From an uncultured bacterium (lineage in GTDB: Bacteria; CAYJRR01): 64,000 bases of DNA. The DNA lies in NCBI GenBank assembly GCA_964372275.1, contig CAYJRR010000003.1, positions 12,638-76,637 on the forward strand, in the 5' to 3' direction. A program made the position numbers and the translations under genes. Shown here piece by piece: positions 61,244 through 64,000 of this stretch (positions are counted from its first letter, which is position 1; the number at the start of each line of letters is the position of its first letter). Under the pieces are notes generated by a model that saw only the letters and a list, made by a program, of their open reading frames with translations, made no database searches and was not told the origin of the DNA.

Positions 61244-62494
61244 GTTTTTCGCGGTCAGGATCCTCACCGCGTCGCCAACCGCATCCCTCCGCCGAAGCTT
61301 CTCTCCGAGCGCCCGCGCCGCCGCAACTCTCCCCGGCGAGAGCGCCTCCTCGAACGCCGCGGCGAGCCGTTCCCAGGTCAAACTCGTGCGCGGGAGCGGG
61401 CGCGCCGCGATCCCGGCGCGATCGGCGAGATGAGCCCACTGGAACTGGTCGAAGGCGTGCGGCACGACCACCTGGGGGATCCCGGCGCGGGCGACGGAGG
61501 CGGTGGTGCCGGCGCCGCCGTGGTGCGCCGCGGCGGCGAGGTGAGGGAACAGCGCGCGGTGGGAGATCGGGCCCACCGACAGCACGTCGTCCTCGGCTCC
61601 GTCCGGGCGTCGGGGCGCGCTGTGGCCGTCCGGGCCTCCGAGTCCCGCCCAGCCGGCGGAGATGACGACGCGCCGTCCGACGGCGCGCGCGGCGTCGATC
61701 ACGGCCCGCGTCGTCCGCGCCGGATCGGGGTCGGGCATGCTGCCGAAGCCGACGTAGACCGGCGGATCCCCGGCGTCGAGGAAGGTCCGCACCTCGCGAG
61801 GCAGCGGTCGATCGTCCTCCAGGTGCAGGCTTCCGACGGCGGGAAGGCGGAGCGGGACGTCGGCGGGCGGCGGCGCGACCTCGGGATCGGCGGCGACGAG
61901 CGTACGGTCGGTGGGAACGAAGTGCTCCTGGAGGTTCTCGACCTCCCCGAGACCGAGCTCGCGGCGCTTGGCGCGCAGCGGTGGCCCCAGCGCCGCTTCC
62001 GCCAGCCGCAGGAAGATCGTCCAGCAGATGCGGTTGACGAACGGCGGCGCGCCGGCGAACGGCAGGAAGCCGGGGGCGTGGTGGTCGGAACGGAGCAGCT
62101 GCGGGGTGTAGGCGACGAAGCGATAGGGGACGCCCGCCGCCTCGGCCGCGGTCGGCGCGGCGATCTGCGCTCCGCCGCCGACGACCCGGTCGGCGTCGCC
62201 GGCCAGCGCCAGGAGCTCGTCGACGTAGGCGGGCAGCTCCTCGCGGCCGACCTTCATCAAGGCCTGGGCGCCGGTGAGCGGGTTCATCTCGAGCGTTTCG
62301 CGCTGGGACTGCATCCAGGTCTGGATGTCGAGTCCGACCGGGACGAAAGGGATCCCGAAGGCCCGTGCTTCGCCGGCGAAACAAGCACTTGCGCCCAGCA
62401 CGGGGCGGTGGCCGGCCCGTTTCAGGCCGACCGCCAGCGCCAACAGCGGCTGGAAGTCCCCTCGGGAGCCGGCCGGGGTCAGCAGGACGCGCAC
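61241..62494 (-). CDS. GT1-family UDP-glycosyltransferase (MGT / sterol-glucosyltransferase-like)
   Basis: C-terminal signature HHGGAGTT and the ...PQVVVPHAFDQ donor-binding motif. Confidence 0.6.
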   Translation of the reverse strand: MRVLLTPAGSRGDFQPLLALAVGLKRAGHRPVLGASACFAGEARAFGIPFVPVGLDIQTWMQSQRETLEMNPLTGAQALMKVGREELPAYVDELLALAGDADRVVGGGAQIAAPTAAEAAGVPYRFVAYTPQLLRSDHHAPGFLPFAGAPPFVNRICWTIFLRLAEAALGPPLRAKRRELGLGEVENLQEHFVPTDRTLVAADPEVAPPPADVPLRLPAVGSLHLEDDRPLPREVRTFLDAGDPPVYVGFGSMPDPDPARTTRAVIDAARAVGRRVVISAGWAGLGGPDGHSAPRRPDGAEDDVLSVGPISHRALFPHLAAAAHHGGAGTTASVARAGIPQVVVPHAFDQFQWAHLADRAGIAARPLPRTSLTWERLAAAFEEALSPGRVAAARALGEKLRRRDAVGDAVRILTAKN

Positions 62495-62555
62495 GAGCGT
62501 TGACGATCCTACGCCAAATTGCTAACGATACCGGCTCTTTTTGTCGACCCACGCC

Positions 62556-64000
62556 ATGCCATCGTCGATCCCGAACACCGACGCGACGGTCAAGGTCACG
62601 TTGCCGGACGGAACCGTCCGCGAGGTGCCGCGCGGAACGACCATCCTTCAGGTCGCGGAATCGATCGGCCCGCGCCTGGCCAAAGAGGCATTGGCCGGTC
62701 GGAGCGGAGATCGCTGGCTCGACTTGCGGTTGCCGCTCGACCACGACCTTCCGCTCCGGATCGTCACCACCCGGGATCCGGACGGCGTCGAAGTGATCCG
62801 CCACTCGGCGGAGCACATCATGGCCGACGCGGTGAAGCAGCTGTGGCCGGACGTGAAGATCGACGTCGGCCGCTCCGAGCACGCGGAGAAGTTCCAGTAC
62901 GACTTCGACATCGACCATCCGTTCACGCCGGAGGACCTGGCCAAGATCGAGTCGAAAATGGCCGAGATCATCGCGGCCGATACGCCGTTCACGCGGGAGG
63001 AGGTCGGCCGCGAGGAGGCGGCGCGCCTGTTCGAGCGGATGGGCGAGGACCTCAAGGTCAGCCGCCTGGCGGACATCCCCGCCGGCCAGCCGATCACGCT
63101 GTTCCGCCACGGCTCGTTCGTCGACCTGTGCCGGGGGCCGCACGTGCAGCGGACCGGCCAAGTGAAGGCCTACAAGCTGCTCGACGTGTCGGGCTCGTAT
63201 TGGCGCGGCGACGAACGCAACAAGATGCTGCAGCGGATCTACGGCACCGCCTTCGCCAAGAAGGAGGACCTCGCCGAATGGGAGCGCCTGCGCGAGGAGG
63301 CGGAGAGGCGCGATCACCGCCGACTCGGCAAGGATCTCGACCTCTTCTCCATCCAGGAGACGGTGGGGGGCGGGCTCGTGCTCTGGCACCCCAAGGGGGC
63401 GATGGTCCGCAAGTCGATGGAGGACTACTGGCGCGATCAGCACCTGCAACGCGGCTACGAGTTCGTCCACACGCCGCACGTCGGGCGCGCCAAGCTCTGG
63501 GAGACCTCGGGCCACCTCGGCTTCTACAAGGAGTCGATGTTCGCGTCGATGGAGATCGAAGGGGATCCCTACTACGCGAAGCCGATGAACTGCCCCTTCC
63601 ACATCATGATCTTCAAGAACCGGCGGCGGTCGTACCGCGAGCTGCCGGTCCGGTTCGCGGAGCTGGGCACCGTCTACCGCTACGAACGGTCGGGCGTGTT
63701 GCACGGGCTGATGCGCGTGCGCGGGTTCACCCAGGACGACTCGCACATCTTCTGCACCCCCGACCAGGTGGAGGGGGAGATCGCGGCGGTGGTGGAGTTC
63801 GGACTCCAGCTGCTGCGCACCTTCGGCTTCACCGAGTTCCAGGCCTACATCGCCACGCGTCCGGAGAAGGCGGTCGGCGAACCGGCGGCGTGGGACAAGG
63901 CGATCGCCGCGCTCAAGTCGGCGGCCGACCGGGTGAAGCTCCCCTACGAGATCGACGAGGGGGGCGGCGCCTTCTACGGGCCGAAGATCGACATCAAGAT
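62556..64000 (+). CDS. thrS: Threonyl-tRNA synthetase, 3'-truncated by the window edge
   Basis: TGS domain N-terminus, the second additional domain, then the class II core (FHIMIFKNRRRSYRELP, RGFTQDDSHIF). The frame is open to nt 64000. Confidence 0.85.
   Translation, partial: MPSSIPNTDATVKVTLPDGTVREVPRGTTILQVAESIGPRLAKEALAGRSGDRWLDLRLPLDHDLPLRIVTTRDPDGVEVIRHSAEHIMADAVKQLWPDVKIDVGRSEHAEKFQYDFDIDHPFTPEDLAKIESKMAEIIAADTPFTREEVGREEAARLFERMGEDLKVSRLADIPAGQPITLFRHGSFVDLCRGPHVQRTGQVKAYKLLDVSGSYWRGDERNKMLQRIYGTAFAKKEDLAEWERLREEAERRDHRRLGKDLDLFSIQETVGGGLVLWHPKGAMVRKSMEDYWRDQHLQRGYEFVHTPHVGRAKLWETSGHLGFYKESMFASMEIEGDPYYAKPMNCPFHIMIFKNRRRSYRELPVRFAELGTVYRYERSGVLHGLMRVRGFTQDDSHIFCTPDQVEGEIAAVVEFGLQLLRTFGFTEFQAYIATRPEKAVGEPAAWDKAIAALKSAADRVKLPYEIDEGGGAFYGPKIDIK

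Noticed and set aside
59263-61665. 800-aa plus-strand ORF antisense to tkt, and ORFs 60992..61180 and 61152..61433 spanning the palindromic element
   Set aside because: Antisense artefacts. The short ORFs merely translate the heptad repeats (MENGKWK...) and have no RBS or coding signal.

Overview
This is a chromosomal segment with about 70-72% GC, gene-dense on both strands, whose domain content suggests a myxobacterial-type deltaproteobacterium. Two eukaryotic-like Ser/Thr kinases and a third secreted protein carry PEGA-type C-terminal domains, and several envelope-associated genes sit alongside core housekeeping genes. Most of the window is core metabolism and information processing: ugd (5' partial), fadD-like acyl-CoA ligase, SCP2 and CoA-transferase III, pyrE, nadB, pgsA, tRNA-Gly, meaB, yicC, gmk, rel/spoT, rpmB, pyk, rsmB, guaB-guaA, dnaE, tkt and thrS (3' partial). 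These are interleaved with envelope modules. One is a cluster of glycosyltransferase (GT4), amylo-alpha-1,6-glucosidase-like protein, DUF2064 and lapA-lapB. Another is an operon of two lipoproteins, an AAA+ ATPase and an M28 peptidase. A third is a Kdo-kinase-like gene next to a multi-TM transferase-like membrane protein. Many of the long ORFs in the six-frame track are antisense or out-of-frame artefacts of the high GC content and are ignored. All function calls rest on recognisable family motifs in the translations. Coordinates taken from the ORF track are exact; motif and repeat coordinates I counted by hand may be off by 1-2 nt. The points worth a second look are several interspersed non-coding repeat families that no gene explains. 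(1) Two palindromic MITE-like elements built from AAAATGG heptad arrays. (2) A roughly 105-bp direct repeat flanking a 2.1-kb membrane-protein gene, which gives two unrelated genes near-identical 5' ends. (3) Double-hairpin REP-like elements at gene ends. (4) Hexamer-periodic CCGAT arrays. (5) A roughly 150-bp polypyrimidine/polypurine mirror tract after guaA. (6) A strongly AT-rich promoter island driving two small unknown ORFs.
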